Of a stretch of 39,819 nt of DNA, positions 37,522 to 39,819 are shown in pieces (within the stretch, counting starts at the first letter, position 1; every line of letters starts with the position of its first letter). The stretch is from a virus (lineage: Duplodnaviria; Caudoviricetes). The notes under the pieces were generated by a model. That model had not been told where the DNA came from. It searched no databases and saw only the letters and a program-made list of their open reading frames with translations. The stretch spans positions 1 to 39,819 of the IMG/VR virus record IMGVR_UViG_3300017784_000974. One strand, written 5' to 3'. The position numbers and the translations under genes are program-made.

Positions 37522-37581
37522 GATCGTAGACTCCTTGTGTGTGTGTGTGTATATACAGTACCGGAATTATTACCGGGACTA

Positions 37582-38241
37582 TCAGTGTTGAGGGTAAGAA
37601 ACATTTCGAATCGTAGGATCCCAACAAGAACGACAAGTACCACATTTACCGTCTCTTGTATATGCTTCACATATAATACCGACAGGTTCTTTAGCGTGGC
37701 TATGAACCGTGGAAGTATGTGTGAACTTTGCAACATAGTCCAATGGGGTCTGGTCTATGTTCGGAGACGATACCCTGATTACCATGTTGTCAGGGATAGG
37801 CTCATTAAAGGCCCTGATAATCCGATACTCTTTGGTGGGTAACCAGAAATTAATATCAGGTAACTGGATAGCGATAAAGATCCAGTCACGTAACATCTGC
37901 ACACTCTGAATATCCCCGGCATCAAAGATCCGGAAATACTTATCTTCATCAGGAGAATCTTGTGAGATACGTTTCCTGATCAACTCGATCATAGCATCAC
38001 GCCAAGCGATATTGTCCCGGTCATAACTGGTGATCCGATTATGATGGGACTTTATCACGGATTCATATAGGTAATTACCCCGGAGTGCATAGCACTTGTG
38101 ACAAACAGAACCTTCGATCTTGGCAAGCTTACCCCCGGTCTTACACAGATTTGCACTGATTCCCCATGCATATCCCGGCATCTTAGACGGCTGGCCTAGA
38201 TCTGACCCGACATATTCCTTGAGCATCTTGAGTGTTGTCAT
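37582..38241 (-). CDS. Gp88-like protein (radical-SAM-related fold, Cys-rich)
   Basis: SKMPG, C..G.KL...GSVCHKCYA, FRIFDAGD, FWLPTKE, IRVS, C-terminal C..CGTCRSCW..V.Y..H. Confidence 0.7.
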   Translation of the reverse strand: MTTLKMLKEYVGSDLGQPSKMPGYAWGISANLCKTGGKLAKIEGSVCHKCYALRGNYLYESVIKSHHNRITSYDRDNIAWRDAMIELIRKRISQDSPDEDKYFRIFDAGDIQSVQMLRDWIFIAIQLPDINFWLPTKEYRIIRAFNEPIPDNMVIRVSSPNIDQTPLDYVAKFTHTSTVHSHAKEPVGIICEAYTRDGKCGTCRSCWDPTIRNVSYPQH

Positions 38242-38251
38242 CAGCCTTCTC

Positions 38252-38485
38252 CTAACAGTGATGTTCGATTGAACGGGAAGTCGGATAATCCAGAGTCACT
38301 TCATCAATAGAATTATAGAACTCATCGCTTATCGAATACAGAGTTTCACCGGTTCCCTCACATTCTGTGCAATTTGTTAGATAGTCAGTAATCCACGGAC
38401 CATTACAATCAACACCCCCACGTCTAACATTTGATTCCCCGGTTCCTTCGCATGTTTCACAATCAAACAGGATATGATAGGTCAT
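38252..38485 (-). CDS. DnaJ-type zinc-finger small protein
   Basis: CETCEGTG ... CTECEGTG; GGAG RBS. Confidence 0.7.
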   Translation of the reverse strand: MTYHILFDCETCEGTGESNVRRGGVDCNGPWITDYLTNCTECEGTGETLYSISDEFYNSIDEVTLDYPTSRSIEHHC

Positions 38486-38487
38486 AG

Positions 38488-38712
38488 TTACTCAACTCCT
38501 ATGATTAAGTCGTTTTTCATGGTGACTTCGGCAAAGAACTCACGGCCTATGTTGGTAATGTGGGGTCTATTAGCCACACAAAATTTACCATCTGACATAT
38601 ATTCGGGACCAAAGAAGCTGGTCTCGATGTACTTGAGCCGTTGCCCAATGCTCTCCTTGAGAACCTTCTTAGAGGGATAGACAGCTACCATTGTCATATC
38701 ATCAGACTCCAA
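38488..38712 (-). CDS. Hypothetical early protein
   Basis: YPSKK.LKESIG..L.YIETS.FG.EY; real start likely the internal ATG after GGAG. Confidence 0.6.
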   Translation of the reverse strand: MESDDMTMVAVYPSKKVLKESIGQRLKYIETSFFGPEYMSDGKFCVANRPHITNIGREFFAEVTMKNDLIIGVE

Positions 38713-38723
38713 TGTGAAAGGGA

Positions 38724-39539
38724 TCAGGTAAGTATCACAGTCAGATCGACGCTAGAAAGATCGACGCCAGAAATATCGGCACCGGTAAGCTTGACACTGG
38801 TAAGCTTGGCACTGGTAAGCTTGGCACCCCTCAGATCAGCACCACTCAGATCGGCATAACTCAGATTGACACCAGTCAGATCGGCATAACTCAAATTGGC
38901 ATTAATCATCCTGACATTAATCAGATCGACGCCAGAAAGATCGACGCCAGAAATATCGGCACCGGTAAGCTTGGCACTGGTAAACTTGGCACCCCTCAGA
39001 TCAGCTCGCCTCAGATAGGCACCACTCAGATCGGCATAACTCAGATTGGCACCAGTCAGATCGGCATAACTCACAGCAGCATCAACCATACTGGCATCAG
39101 TCAGATTGGCATAACTCAGATAGGCACCACTCAGATCGGCATGGCTCAAATTGGCACCAGTCATACTGGCATAGCTCAAATTGGCACTAATCATCCTGAC
39201 ACCAATCAGATTGGCACCAGTCAGATCGGCATGGCTCAAATCGGCACCAGTCAGATTAACACCACACAGCATCGTATTCACCATATTAGCACCACTCAGA
39301 TTGGCACCACTCAGATTGGCACCACTCAGCTGGGCACCCTTCAAAATAGCATGCTTCAGAGCAGCACCGGTCAAATTAGCACCATTCAGATTGGCATCCC
39401 TCAGATTAGCACCACTCAGATTGGCACCGGTCAGATTGACACTGGTTGATACGGCAAATTCGACAACTTCCTTAAAAGAGGAACGGTCATTCTTAAAAAG
39501 AATGTCCCCAGTATCGCAGTGTTTGATTTCGTATTCCAT
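38724..39539 (-). CDS. Pentapeptide-repeat protein
   Basis: AGGAG RBS; long run of A(N/D)L(S/T)x pentads; internal DNA duplication with 180-bp offset (38741 vs 38921). Confidence 0.92.
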   Translation of the reverse strand: MEYEIKHCDTGDILFKNDRSSFKEVVEFAVSTSVNLTGANLSGANLRDANLNGANLTGAALKHAILKGAQLSGANLSGANLSGANMVNTMLCGVNLTGADLSHADLTGANLIGVRMISANLSYASMTGANLSHADLSGAYLSYANLTDASMVDAAVSYADLTGANLSYADLSGAYLRRADLRGAKFTSAKLTGADISGVDLSGVDLINVRMINANLSYADLTGVNLSYADLSGADLRGAKLTSAKLTSVKLTGADISGVDLSSVDLTVILT

Positions 39540-39636
39540 TGTACCGGCAACTCCTAGTTAAAGTTTATTAAAGCCTGTTTAATTACCTACATAATTATTA
39601 ATTAACCGTAGATAACAAGGCCGCTTTCGAGCAACA

Positions 39637-39666
39637 AGCTTGCCCCCGGTTCGACGCCTTTGTCAA
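39637..39666 (-). promoter_or_regulatory. Candidate early host-RNAP promoter
   Basis: CTTGACA-18 nt-CAAGCT upstream of the first minus-strand gene; -10 is weak. Confidence 0.4.
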
Positions 39667-39722
39667 GCATCTCGTAACCCGTTGTTTTTGCAGGGTTTTT
39701 CCCGGCACCGTGGCAAAAATGG

Positions 39723-39819
39723 CACAGTCAAGGGAATTCTCCGGGGCACCATGATTCACTAAGGCACCGGCCCCTAGTGTTGTCTTTATGTCACAGTCAA
39801 GGGAATTCTCCGGGGCACC
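39723..39819. repeat. Two perfect 28-bp direct repeats at the window end
   Basis: cacagtcaagggaattctccggggcacc at 39723-39750 and 39792-39819. Confidence 0.95.

Noticed and set aside
33863-39539. T7-like single-subunit RNA polymerase and phage promoters
   Set aside because: No ORF of suitable size or motifs, and no recurring 20-23 bp promoter consensus noticed
38641-39561. Plus-strand repetitive ORFs (LAPLR, QIGT repeats)
   Set aside because: Antisense shadows of the pentapeptide-repeat gene
39723-39819. Mini-CRISPR (28-bp repeats, 41-bp gap)
   Set aside because: Only two copies visible, no cas operon, and repeats contain promoter-like -35 elements; the Cas4-like gene is a normal phage exonuclease

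Overview
Most of a lytic, podovirus-type dsDNA phage genome organised as two convergent arms. The + arm (1-19.2 kb) is structural: two adaptor-like proteins, tail fibres, a tail tube/head-closure-like protein and three internal (ejection) proteins, one with a pesticin-type muramidase domain. The - arm (39.8 to 19.2 kb) runs from small early genes (pentapeptide repeat, Gp88-like, DUF932, Zn-deaminase) through thyX, tRNA-Arg(UCU), a T7-like primase-helicase, DNA polymerase A, SSB, exonuclease, MazG and a B12-dependent class II RNR to holin/spanin genes. No RNA polymerase, integrase, terminase, portal or major capsid gene is recognisable; the packaging and capsid genes probably lie left of base 1. 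The content resembles marine cobavirus/Zobellviridae-like podoviruses (inference). The most striking element is a dispersed glycosylation system: a GDP-mannose 4,6-dehydratase wedged between helicase and polymerase, a stand-alone glycosyltransferase, and a 754-aa glycosyltransferase-methyltransferase-Maf/DUF115 fusion, with Ser/Thr-rich repetitive virion proteins as candidate acceptors. Other oddities are a tRNA overlapping the thyX stop codon, an antisense promoter firing into a large inverted repeat, duplicated micro-peptide genes and a 2OG-Fe(II) oxygenase relic. All family calls come from motif recognition by eye, not database searches.
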